Assembly: GCA_951406725.2 (NCBI GenBank)
Contig: OX597819.1
Location: 35,154,001-35,218,000 of the forward strand
Reading direction: 5' to 3'
Source of the DNA: Octopus vulgaris
Taxonomy: Eukaryota
DNA length: 64,000 bases
The position numbers and the translations under genes were made by a program. The notes under the pieces are model-generated. The model did not search any database. It saw only the letters and a program-made list of their open reading frames with translations, and was not told the DNA's origin. Shown piece by piece: positions 25,517 through 38,200 of this stretch. Every line of letters begins with the position of its first letter. Positions within the stretch are counted from its first letter, which is position 1.

Positions 25517-25744
25517 GAATTGACTATTGTCTTTTATTATTATTATATTATTAATTGTCATATTTAAATAGAGTATAACAATATAACTAATAAGAGTATT
25601 TTTGTAAAATAAGCATCTGGAAATGTTTAGACAACTTCACCTACACAGAGAGGGGTGCCTGCAACACAATAGCTTCAGTTAAGTGCAAGCAGTAAGGAGA
25701 AAAAGACAGGCTTTACAGGGTTACATTGCATAAGTTAAAATGTC

Positions 25745-26141
25745 TTTTTTTACTTTTTTCAGTCATTTGACTGCAGCCATACTGGAGCCATACCGCCTTT
25801 AGTCGAGCAAATCGACCCCAGGACTTATTCTTTGTAAGCCTAGCACTTATTCTATCGGATCACTTTTGCCGAACCGCTAAGTTATGGGGACATAAACACA
25901 CCAGCATCGGTTGTCAAGCGATGTTGGGGGAACAAACACAGATACATACACACACATACTTATATATATATATATATGACAGGCTTCTTTCCGTTTCCGT
26001 CTGCCAAATCCTCTCACAAGGCTTTGGTTGGCCCAAGGCTATAGTAGAAGACACTTGCCCAAGGTGCCACGCAGTGGGACTGAACCCGGAACCATGTGGT
26101 TCGTAAGCAAGCTACTTACCACACAGCCACTCCAACACCTA
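25745..26141 (-). mobile_element. tRNA-derived SINE, family 1
   Basis: High identity to 18042-18436. Confidence 0.85.
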
Positions 26142-26429
26142 TATGTATCATTTTTTTAAATATTTTTGCTTATTCCAGTTATTTCCTCAAGCTTTTCCAG
26201 TGCATATATGCTACATACATTGTTTTATTGTATCATCATCGTTTAACGTCCGTTTTCCGTGCTAGCACGGGTTGGACATATGTTACATTTCAGTACATCT
26301 TTAATGATATTATGTATACATTTAGATGGTAAATCAAATACATGTAGTTAAAAATATCCCCTTCCCCTTTGTTTATAAACCTCCACATCATTTGAAACAG
26401 AGATGTTTTCTAGAAGGTGTGCAGCAAGC

Positions 26430-27610
26430 CCAGATAAAATTTGTTACATTTTTGGGCAAATTCGTGACTAAAATACATCAGGGAAACATTACTGAATTTG
26501 TCAGAAGTTCTTACTATGTCTACGTTGATGTGAAATTAGGAGACCAAGGTAAGAAGTGAGCTTCTCATAAGGCCTTCTTAATTTGTGCAGAACTAAAAAC
26601 TCTGGGCAAATTGTACAAGGAAGTCATTTTGTTTTGGGGGTTCCAATAATATGGAGAGAGTCTAAAAATCAGTGATGACCGTTAATTTTGCTCATGTAAG
26701 ACACAGGAACACAATTCAAAGAGTGGAAAAAAATATTGTTTAAGCAAATCTCCCATCTGCATTGTGACCTGTTACCCATGGACCAGACGTTCCAGTCTCA
26801 TCACCACTAGGAAACCCTGAAGGCATACACTTGATTTGAGTCAGAAGACAGATATAACAATGAAGATGAAGACTTCTATAGCAGTGAAGGTAAAGAACCT
26901 CAACTATTCAACTATCGTAAATAAAATGATCTAGTGAATGACTTAGGGGTCTCATAGGAGTCAACAGAGCTTTTAGATTCCAGACTTAAAGAATCTCTTA
27001 GCTCCTGACGTATAATTTTATTGGTATTATAACCACGAAAACAAATATGTTCCTTATTTCACTGAAGAAAATGATATAGTTTATTGTATGGAACCATCCA
27101 GAACAATAGGAAAGCTTAGCATAAGTTACGGCTCTGATGAATGGAATTTCTTTATTGACTCTTCAAAAAGAAGTTGTAAAGCTGTTTTACTGCATAATGA
27201 TAATGAATATGCTTCCTTCCATGTTGGATGCTCAGTGACCATGAAGAAAACAAAAATGAAAACTTGGTATCATTCTTACACAAGATTAAATTCAAAGATC
27301 ACAACTGGATGATTTGTGGTGACATGAAAATAATTTGCATGTTCCTTGGACAACAGTCAACCTACACAAGTTTCCTTGTTTCTAGTGTAAATAGGACAGT
27401 AGGGCCAGGAACCTTGATTGACCAACTAGAGATATATTTACACTAGGAACAAAGAAAATCCTTCAAAAAAGTTTGGTTGACCTAAAAAGGGTTGTTTTGC
27501 ATGCTCTACATATAAAACTTGGCCTCAAGAAGCAGTTTGTAAAAGCTTTGCCATAGGATGGTGGGGGCTTCTGATATTTGCATAGCCAAGTTTCCTGTAC
27601 TGTAAGGGGC
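26430..27610 (+). pseudogene. Degenerate DNA-transposon transposase, Chapaev3-like
   Basis: Disrupted frames give FCYIFG..KLGDQGK, WNFFIDSSKRSCKAVLLHN, WMICGDMKIICMFLGQQS and LHIKLGLKKQFVKAL. Confidence 0.7.
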
Positions 27611-28379
27611 ATATCAGCAAATGGCTTTTATACTGTTTGTATGGTTCGATTCAGTTGTGTGATGTTGATAAGCCACAAAAATGAAATATTGGTATCCATC
27701 ACTCCTGAATGGGATTAGAGGTGAGTTGTCTCAACTGTCTATGACTTTCAGGTGTATTAACACACAGTGCTTTGAGGGAGTCATCCCCATCATGCTAAAC
27801 TGCAGTATACTGGTGAACAAGCAATACTCATATAGTGAATATGTGCAGTTGGTACTGTTTGCAACTCTAGCACTGCTTCTAATTCATAACTGAATATAAA
27901 GTAACTTAAAATTATCATAATTTTCAAAAAGTTCCATTTTGCAGACCTGTGTAATTTTAGGTAGGTGTCTCTAGACACAAACAGGCATAGACACCCTCAT
28001 AGGCATCTTCCGTCTTGTAGGATGCTGAGAATGTAACAGCTGGAGGGAGAGATGGCTGCTTTAGTAACTGGTTGGTACTCATGCTGGTACTCAATTTCAG
28101 CTGAGTAAACTGGAGCAATTATGAAATAAAGATTTTGGCTGGTCCAGGAATTTGTGATTATGAGCTGACCAGCTTAACCATCAGGACATATGACTTTATG
28201 AATAGATAAAAATAGAAGAAAATCAAATGGAAAAGAGAAACAAATATTCAGGATGCTTAAAAAAAAGTTTGTATGGAGAGTTGGAAATTGATTAACATAT
28301 AATTATTTTAGCGTATTTCAAAAACTAATTGTTTTATTTCAATTCACAATAATTACATTTAATTATTCTTAACATCATA

Positions 28380-28655
28380 ATCATCATCGTTTAACGTCCG
28401 CTTTCCCTGCTAGCATGGGTTGGACGGTTCACCTGGGGTCTGGGAAGCCAGAAGGCTGCACCAGGCCCAGTCTGATCTGGCAGTGTTTCTACAGCTGGAT
28501 GCCCTTCCTAACGCCAACCACTCCGTGAGTGTAGTGGGTGCTTTTTACGTGCCACCAGCACAGGTGCCAGAGGCTGGCAACGGCCACGTTTGGATGGTTC
28601 TCTTACGTGCCACCGGCACTGGTATCACAACTACAATTTCCATTGATTTTGATTG
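28380..28655 (-). mobile_element. RTE-type LINE 3' terminus
   Basis: Reverse-complement copy of the (GAT)n-tailed family. Confidence 0.8.
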
Positions 28656-28969
28656 ATTTCGAAATATTTGTAGCTCCAACCCCATCCACAAAATCTTCTG
28701 TTAACTTTTGTAATATTTACCTAACATATTAAATTATTAATCCACCGTAAGTGGTTTTGAAAAAGAATTTCAGCAACATTGAATTATAGGAAAGAATTTA
28801 TTTTTTGCTCCATGTTAGATTTTTCTTCAGATGAAAATATTATTTATGATTTATTTTTTTTAAAACTCATTAATGAATTCAGGTATTTATTATAATTAAT
28901 TTGATTTAATACAAATGGAATTACAGATATTTGGTTTTTGTAGAAATGGTAAATCTTCATAAAAAATAA

Positions 28970-29233
28970 TTAATGAAGTAGAAACCCTTTTCCCAATGCA
29001 TCTCCCTTTTCATAAATGAAAGTGCTTTGTCCACAGTAGAATGCTTCTCCAGCTACTTCAACACAAACTGCTGCCTGATCTCCAATATTAACTGCCTCAA
29101 TAGGACATCCTGTAAATTCTCCTTGTGTTGTTGAACTTATAAAAGAAACTTTTTCATTCATTTTTATCTGGCCTTTGCCAAGCATCAAAGCAATGCGAGC
29201 TGTAACACCTGAACCTGTGGGTGAGCGATCCAC
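28970..29233 (-). CDS. L3HYPDH: L3HYPDH terminal exon
   Basis: VDRSPTGSGVTARIAL...VEVAGEAFYCGQSTFIYEKGDALGKGFLLH*. Confidence 0.94.
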   Translation of the reverse strand: MDRSPTGSGVTARIALMLGKGQIKMNEKVSFISSTTQGEFTGCPIEAVNIGDQAAVCVEVAGEAFYCGQSTFIYEKGDALGKGFLLH

Positions 29234-32200
29234 CTAAAAAAGCAAAAGGAATTTTGCGATAAAATACATTAATTTTCCTATGAAAACTACGTTAAATAAT
29301 TACTATAACAAAAAAATGACTTCTTGATTGAATATAGAGAATTATGGAAGTAGAATAAAGTATTTTGCTTAGAGACACAATATAACATTTAGGGTAGAAC
29401 TCAAATTCATGAACTAAGAACTTCGGTAATGATTTTGAAGTTAACCATTAATAAGTAAGAGCTGTGTCATGTGCTTAACTTTACAGAACCACTGATAAAC
29501 ATAAACTTTGTGTATTGTAAAGTTAGATGTGTTTTCACACCTTTTACCATAAGAGAAATATTTTCTCTATGGTGACTGCAGTATTTAGCAGCCTTTTAGC
29601 AGCTGAACTATGTCACAAACATATTTTAACTAACCTAAATTTTGCTTATGCCTAAACACTTTGGTGCTAACATTTTGTTAGCACCAAAGATATTAATACT
29701 TGTACTATGCAACTCTAAACAAATGATTGGTTTGTTCTATAATAGATAGCTACTGCCTTCCATCAGGAAATTAAAGTACTAACTTTATGCATTTGATTCC
29801 TCCAAGAAGCCTCATTTCCTGCAAATACAGTAAAACTTGTTGTAAGTTAGAATAAGAGGCCAGGTAGTCTTGTTAAGACTCAGTTTGTACTTGTTGCCAT
29901 GATCTGTTACAACTTCTCCATTATACATGCTACAAGTTCTTGCAACCATAATACCCAATTCATAAATCAACATTAAAAAGTATTGAATTGTGATCAAAAT
30001 ACCCAATGTTCTATGGAACTATTTAAGAATATATCAGGTTTTTGTAGCCATAGAGATTAGCAGTTAAACAAATGTGAAAGCAGAGTGACAGAATTTTTTT
30101 TGTTGCCAGTAATGATGTAAAGATTGGTGCTTAGGTTACAAATTTCAGTAATGAAAAATTGCAATGGTTTTGTTAATGGTTCAGCTTTATTTCTGAGACA
30201 CAAATATTAGAACAAAATGAAATCTTGTCTCAGGTAATGATTTGTTTTCAAATTGCCTGAGTTTAATAGCTTATGGGAAATATTCAAGGAAAGGAAATTG
30301 TGTAAAATTAAAAAAATAACTGTAATAAATATTAACCTTACCTCTCCATCAGCAAAAACACAGATGTTTGCTGTCTTTATTTCTCCATTTTTCTCTGGTA
30401 TCATATCATCTGTAAGAATGGTTCCGTAGAGAAAGCTGAGAGCTGGACTTTCAGGATGAATTATTTCTTCTTGTTTCACAGTCTCTACAATTAGAACATT
30501 TGAAAGATTAAAACAGTTAATTTATTTTATAAAGAAAATGTAAATGATATGTTTCCTTGTTCAAGATTTCATCTTCTATATGCATTAGCCAACCAGCTGA
30601 AAAATAAAACAATATTTAAATTTTCACCAGCAATGGCATAAAGGTTAATTACTGACATTTGGAGTACAGAGTAGAAAACTGAACTGATTTACTTAGAATA
30701 ATTATACAAACAGCTATGGTAAGTAGGTTCATTATCTTTGACTTGAGTTACTTCTAGAATTTATCTGAAACCCAAACATATAAAAGATTCAGCTTGTCTC
30801 AAAGAAAATTGTTCATAAAATATTTGGTGCTCCTACACTTTTGCACCTCAAAGAAAGTCAAGTCACTTTTCATACATATGGAATTGTTTGTTCCCTCTCG
30901 AGCCATGCCTGGCTCATAAGGGCCAGTTTCCCAGTTTCTTGGCGTATAGGTTCCCCACCTGGACGGGACGCCGGTCCATCGCAGATGAGCTGCAAGATGC
31001 AGGAAGAAAGAGTGAGAGAAAGTTGTGGCGAAAGAATCAGCTGAAGTTTCGCCATTACCTTCTGCCGGAGCCGCAGGGAGCTTAGATGTTTCGCTCATAA
31101 ACACACACATCGCCTGGTCTGAGATTCGAACTCGCGATCCCTCGATCGCAAGTCCGCTGCTCTAACCACTAGGCCATGTGCCTCCACATATACATATGGA
31201 ATGCTATGTTTCATTCTTTTTTATAGTTAATTTTCCGGCAGACAGACCAATCTAATTCATATAAATGAAATACACAGTCTTTAGTTTGAACATGAGCAGC
31301 ATGGCTGTGTGATAAGAAGCTTGCTTCTCAACCACATGATTCTGGGTTCAGTCCCACCGCATGTCTTCTACTATAACCTCAGGCTAACTAAAACCCCTTG
31401 TGAGTGGATTTGGTAGACAGAAACTGAAAGAAGCCCATCGTATGTGTGTGTGTATTTATGAGTCTTTGCCCCCTCCTCCATCACTACTTGACATCCAGTG
31501 TTTGTGTTCCTGTATCTTAGCAGTTTGGTAAACGAGACCGATAGAATAAGTACCAGGCTTAGCAAAAAAAAAAAAAATAAGTACTAGGGTCAATACGTTT
31601 GACTAAAAATTCAAAGTAGTGCCCCAGCATGGCCACAGTCTAATGACTGAAACAAGCAGAAAATAAAAGATTAACTAAATCAACTTGTTTATGAAAATTA
31701 TGCAAAGAAGATCTGTTATTAGTCTTTACTGAAGCTTTTGATAAAGAATATATGTCTTAAATTAGGATGAATGTAGCTGTAATTTAGCCCCAGGAGGCAT
31801 TGTCTCCAGCTGGCTATACGACATGATCTGTGTCCTTATATTTTTGAACAAGGGAAACTAGCACTCCCACTCAGCTCAAAACAATATCTGTGTATTGCGA
31901 TTTCTGGGTTATTTCTCTTCAAAGTGATACACAGATATCGTTTTGAGTTGACTGTGGGTGCTAGTTCAAAAATATAAGGACACAGATCATGTCATATAGC
32001 CAGCTGGAGACGATGTCTCCTGGGGCTAAATTACAGCAATATTCATCCTAAACTAGGACTACTATGTTATTTTGGCAAACAATCTTTACTCCAAAGTACT
32101 GTTGCTGAATATCTCTCATTGTGAGATTTAAAAATAGTAATTTTCTAACAACAATGTAATTAAGTGGTTTTTATACTATATTAGGGTGCAGAGGTTTCCA

Positions 32201-35200
32201 AAATACAACATCTGATTTGGCTTGGCGTTCAGCATATACTTGTGGTTCTTGTGGATATTTGTAATTAACTCTACTACAATATTTGTTATATGATGGGTCA
32301 GAGTAATCATGCTGCAATCTATACTAATTTGAAATAAAGTTAATTTCCATTTCCCTCATTCTTGAGTTCTAATAGTTTATAGTTTAGTCCTGATAAGAAC
32401 AAGGACTATAGCGGGAGGGTTAAATTAATTCTTGTAATAAGGTAGTGTGCAAAGATATTTTGATTAATTAAAATTATATCTGTAGTAATGACAGAAGAAC
32501 TATTAATTTAATTATTAATTCTGTCAAAAAATGTAGGGAAAACAGCAGCAAAAGTTAAATTAGTTAAAAATAAAATGTGGACATATAAGACAGTCTGATA
32601 GTGACCAATGCAGACATGTTTCAAACTAATCAGACCCACTAATGTTATACATAGGTCATATAAAAACATATCCTATTCTTAGACTAGTTTCAGTCTTTGG
32701 ACTGCTGTCTTGTTAGTGTACCACTTTCAAAGGTTTTGGCAGAAGGCTAGCAATTTCAAGGGCAGGGTAAGTCAAATGGTACTTTTTTTGTTAGTCATAT
32801 TAAACTCCAGTACTTTTTGGGGGCTTGTACTTATTGCATTGATATATTTACCAAATGTTACCTTTTTGACACATCACTGGTTTTCACACTAGTAAACATA
32901 AGCACCCATGCACATCATCATCCTTATTATTTTTATATCATTTCTTTTTTTCTCATGCTGGTATGGGTTGGACAAGACTTCTTGAGGTGGTATTCTATGA
33001 CTAGATGCCTTTCCTGATGTCAATGCATCAAAAATCAATGGAAACTGTAGTTGTGATCCCTGTGCCGGTGGCACGTAAAAAGCACCATCTGAACGTGGCC
33101 GATGCCAGCACCGCCTTGACTGGCTTCCGTGCCAGTGGCACGTAAAAAGCACCAATCCAATCGTGGCCGTTGCCAGCCTTGGCTGGCACCAGTGCCGATG
33201 GCATGTAAAAAGCACCCACTACATTCACGGAGTGTTTGGCGTTAGGAAGGGCATCCAGCTGTAGAAACACTGCCAGATCAGACTAGGGCCTGGTGTAGCC
33301 TTCTGGCTTCCCAGGCCCCTGGTCGAACCGTCCAACCCATGCTAGCATGGAAGACGGACGTTGATGATGATACCTTATTTCATGTATTTGCACATTGAAC
33401 TGCAGCTGGCAGTTTTGTCCTTGGGAGTCATAACCATGTCACCACTGTTGAAACCATGTCAGTGCAAAGATGAACAGAGATAATGCTCACATATTTTATC
33501 TATCGAGACACAAAACAGGCTTCCATACAGTTTCTTTTAACTAAACATCTATTATGGGGAAATGGTCAGTTTGAGACTATAAGAGATGACACTTGTGAAA
33601 GGTGCCATGCAGTGGAACAGAACCCAAAATCATGTGGTTGAAAAGCAATTTTCTTTATCACATAGCTATATGTCTGTGTCTTGTTAACCCCACAACCATG
33701 AAAAACAGAATTAGAAAACAACAAAAGTGGACTACAATACTATGAGACTGAAATAGATGTTTCCTGGATATTTCTTTAAAATACTCATGGATTTTAGCAT
33801 AAATAACTGAATATTTAGTATGTACAAAATATTTAGAGAAATCAAAATTTTCAAACCAACTTGAAAACCCATATAAGATAAAGGTTTTAAGATGTTTTTT
33901 TTAATTGCATTAATTTTTCTTACCAGTTATACAGGTAGCTGCTGATACAAGTTCACGAAACTTTGATTTGTGTAGATCTAATCCAAGACGACTAGCAGGT
34001 AGTATTGCATAAAATGCTCCACCATAGCTGACATCCAAAGTAATGGTTCCAAATTTAGGCACATCTACCTGGATATCTAAAATGCAAATTCTAAAATTGT
34101 AACATTGAATTTTCTGGCAGCAGATTTAAAATATGACACAAGAATATGTTTACAATGAGAGCAGAAAATATGAAAGATTTTGAAAAGTTAGTTAACAAGT
34201 TTGTAAAAGAAAAATATCTAATTATGATACTAAAATTACAATCAATCCACATATTCTAGATGGGTTAGGTACTGTAGTTCTTCCATCCAAATAACCCAAA
34301 GATGGGTGATAAACAGCCTTATATAAAATAGCAGATGCAACAAGGGTTGTATGGAATATAATGCAAAAGTGAGCATAACTTTTAACTGACATAAGTCATT
34401 CAAACTGAATATTTTGCTAGAGTAACTCTTCCTCTATGCAAGTGTACTACTCAATCTCCAGCATAAACAATGTATTTGTGCCATTCTTGAATCTAACTCA
34501 CAAGTCCTATTTATTGTACCTTACTTCTTCACAGTCACTTTATGTTATCTGTTGTCATCAAGTCATTGTCCCTGGAGACTGTTTTTTATTGGACTGAGCA
34601 GATGGGCTGTACATTGGAAGGGGAACCATAAACCAGCCCAATTTGATTTGTGGTGTTGATTTGTGTGCGGCCACTCATTCCAGATTCTTGTTCAGTCTGT
34701 TCTTCCAAATGGATTTTAAAGGTTTTTGAGTGTCTCAATGCACTGCTCATTGTTCACGTATAACCACATTTTTAGAATAATATTGTAGAGTAAGTGCAAA
34801 AGGCTGGATCTGAACAGTTTGAAGATAAAGCAGGTAGATTATTTTGGTTAGATATGTCCGGTCTAAATGCTAAAGAGTTAAACAAATATGTCAATTGTTA
34901 TTATCTAAGATTAAAAGTAAATAAATGCTTGTCAGTTTTAATGATGAGCATTTAATAGTTCGATACCTGATAAGCTACCTGATCATTGAATTAGTGTGAA
35001 GTGGCTGAGTATTCCACAGACATGTGTCCTCTTAATGTAATTTTCAAGTAGAGTCAGTATAACTGCGTGAATTCCTGGTACAATCCAACCAATGAATTTC
35101 TGTCTACTTAGTTTCTAGTCACAATGTTTAGGTTGGTCTGAGGAAAATAGTTAAAAGACATTTGCCCAAGACATCATGCAGAGATTGAACACAGAATCTT

Positions 35201-38200
35201 GTGATTATTAAGCAAACTTTTTTTAACATTTGACAATGTTGTGTCCATATTTATGTGATGTATACCTAAATAGATTGTTTAGAGAAAGATATGTTGATAC
35301 GAAACTGGAGAAAATCTAAGATACTTTATAGACAAGCAAAAACAAAGAAAGAAAGAATATAGTTATTGATTTGATCAATAACTATATTATTCTATACTAT
35401 TTATTGTATTGTTATTGATTTGTTATATAGTTATTGATTTGATATAGTTATTGATTTGATCAAAATAAATTATTTGGTCAATTTCTTTATTATTCTCCTC
35501 ACAATTTTATTCAACCTTCTGCTTATCTTTTTACATGTCAAGGATTAAAAGATTTTTACTTTATTCAATGGCTGCTGATGTATAATCCAACCGGTCTATT
35601 AATGCAATATAATCTTCTTTCTATGAAACAGATATGACTTTTTATCCCTGATGTTTGAGAAAAAAAAATTAAACAAACAAATAAAATATTAATTAAATAA
35701 TGTCACAGTTGTCATAAGATCTACAGAAACCAATGACACAAAATGTTCAGGGATGTATGTCTCATCATGGTTGCTGAATGAATGATGTTATAATAATTGT
35801 CCTTACCTCTAGAATGTATAAAAGCTGGAACACTGTGGAATCGAACAGCTCCAGACCGACCATTATTGTAGGAAACATAGGTTTTTACTAAACCACATGG
35901 ACACTGAATATTAACTTGAGTTTCTGGACAAGTTATTGTTTTCACATAACCTTTATCAACAGCATATCTTTTGGAAAGAAAAAAATAGTAATTAGTTTTA
36001 TTACTATGATTACAAAAGGTTAAAAGATAGAATTGGTGCAGATTGATTGAATTGTACCATTTGGCTACGGAAGAAGTGACCCTCCCATTTACCACAACAT
36101 CCAGGATGTGAGAGGGAGCAAAGGAAGCACAGACTGTGGTGTCCCAGATGAGGCACCTATCTCTTACCCAAGGACAAAGAGTAAAACCATCTGGTCTCTT
36201 CTCATCACTTCTGAATAATTCCACTGGCTCTAGAACTGAGGGGATATTAACCCAAGCCAGGGCCTGCTTAATGATTAAATTAAGCTCGGTGTAATGAGCA
36301 GCATTTAGGCTGCAAAACAAACCATGAAGGCCGGTGGAGTCAAGGGGCCTAGTGCACCAACTTCTCAGTCCCCCACAGACGTCAGCTCCTACTGAGTGCA
36401 ATGGAGATGCGGAGCTTCATCCAGATAGAATAAACCACCAATGTTGGCCACAGGCAGAGTATCAACCCAGGCCCTTGGGAATTTTGCACTTGCAGAGAGA
36501 AGACAACATCTTGAAAATTGATTAGATTGATCAAAGAGAGAGTTGAAAGTAGTACCTGAGCACAGATTGTCTCATACTCTCTGCTTCCATCTATCCTCAG
36601 CTATATCAGGAACTAACAAACCCAGTGCTCTCCACTGTTGTATAGCTTCATCCATCTCGCTATTGGAAAGAAGAGGATGTTACCTACCAAGGGGGAGCAG
36701 GCATGGATAGAGGAAAGAAAATGGAAGAGACAGAGACAAGCACTTACGCAAACCTAGACTCCCAAAACATTTGGGCAAAGCAACCTGGATGTGGGATACT
36801 AGAGAAAGTCTGACATTGACCAAGCATTCGAGTTCCCTGAAGATTAGGCGGTCAAAGCATTGGAGAGACAATAAGAATATATAAAAGGAACTAACTCTGA
36901 GAAGATACAATGGCTTAGGAATTGACAATTTCCAAGTATTAAAAAAAAACCTTGGTGGACTCAATTACCTCAAGTTTTTTTAATAGCTGCTCAAGGCTAG
37001 CCATCTTGGATAGATGGACTTGAAAGCTCAGTCAGTAATTGGGGTTCCGAGAAATCACCACACAGAATCACGACTGAGGAGAAGGGATCTGTAAACAGGT
37101 TTACAGTCTGCTGAAGTGAAACTGGATGGTTGAAGAACTAGCATTTGGAATTGTTGATGCTAAGCACCCCGACCAAGTCCCTCAATCAGTCCTCACGGTT
37201 ACATAGACCTTATCAGGAGAGCGCCCCAAAAAGCATCATCAAATTCAGGTCAGCTCCCATCTTGGTAACGTCATCAATACCCAGTGCAAATAGAGCAGGT
37301 CTGAGTGGGTTACCTTGTTGGACTCTTGAGGCAGATGGAATGAGATGGTCCCCAAAGGAGAGATAGGAAGGATCCCGTTAAGCTTGCCAAGCAAAGTGGT
37401 AGAGCTGTGGGGTATTCTTCCCTATTGCATGGAGGATGATATCCTGACTGATAAAATTGAAGGCATTCCTGAGATCTAGGATGAGGATGACTTTAGGGAT
37501 CTCAGAAGGCAAGTTGGTGGAAGCTCTAGTGGCATGAGCAGCAACCCCACAACCTAAGCTTTGTACCCACCTCTTGCTGAATTCAGCAGACAGGCAGTTT
37601 GAAATCGAGGATACATACACTTTCACTGTGAGCCATTGCAGAGTACCCCCAACTCCTATGGAGAGGAGGTCATCATTGAGCTTTGTAAGACCAAACAACT
37701 TAGCCGCCATCCCTTCCCCTGGTAGACTGTGATTTATAGGCGTAAGAGGCAAGGAGATATTTTCTTACGCCTATAAATCGCAGCCTACCCATGAACTGGC
37801 AAAACACAAACATACCTTGTGTATGTGTGTTCGATATCGTGCGTGTGTGTATAAGATATTAATTAATTGAACATACAGTTGATATATCTCTCTCTATATA
37901 TATAAAGCTGAAGTTGTCTGTGTATGGCAAGTTTGGTAGCCTTCAACTAACACTATCTCCTGCGAGACCCTGCGGCGCAAGTTGACCAAAATTGAGAGTA
38001 TGATAGAAGAAGGCTTGCTCTTCCCTCCGTAGAAGAAAAAATTCAAATCGGACCATATTAACACCAAAAATTATTTATATCAAAAGGGTGCTTTTTTTCT
38101 ATGAAAATCCCTATTGTTTACGATTTTTTGACTGTTGTGTCAACAATTTTCGGTGTATTTCAACCAGAAGAATGTTCACTTAAAGAGAATAACAAGCTAC

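Noticed and set aside
31110-31189. tRNA gene
   Set aside because: The tRNA-like head continues into a SINE body flanked by a 13-bp TSD, and no proper acceptor stem is evident.
32608-32636. Third hammerhead (minus strand CTGATTAG...GAAACATGTC)
   Set aside because: Core is mutated and no stem II can form.
35721-36401. 226-aa ORF as an independent or fusion gene
   Set aside because: It is a retroelement endonuclease remnant running in frame into L3HYPDH exon 2; splice sites explain the real exon.
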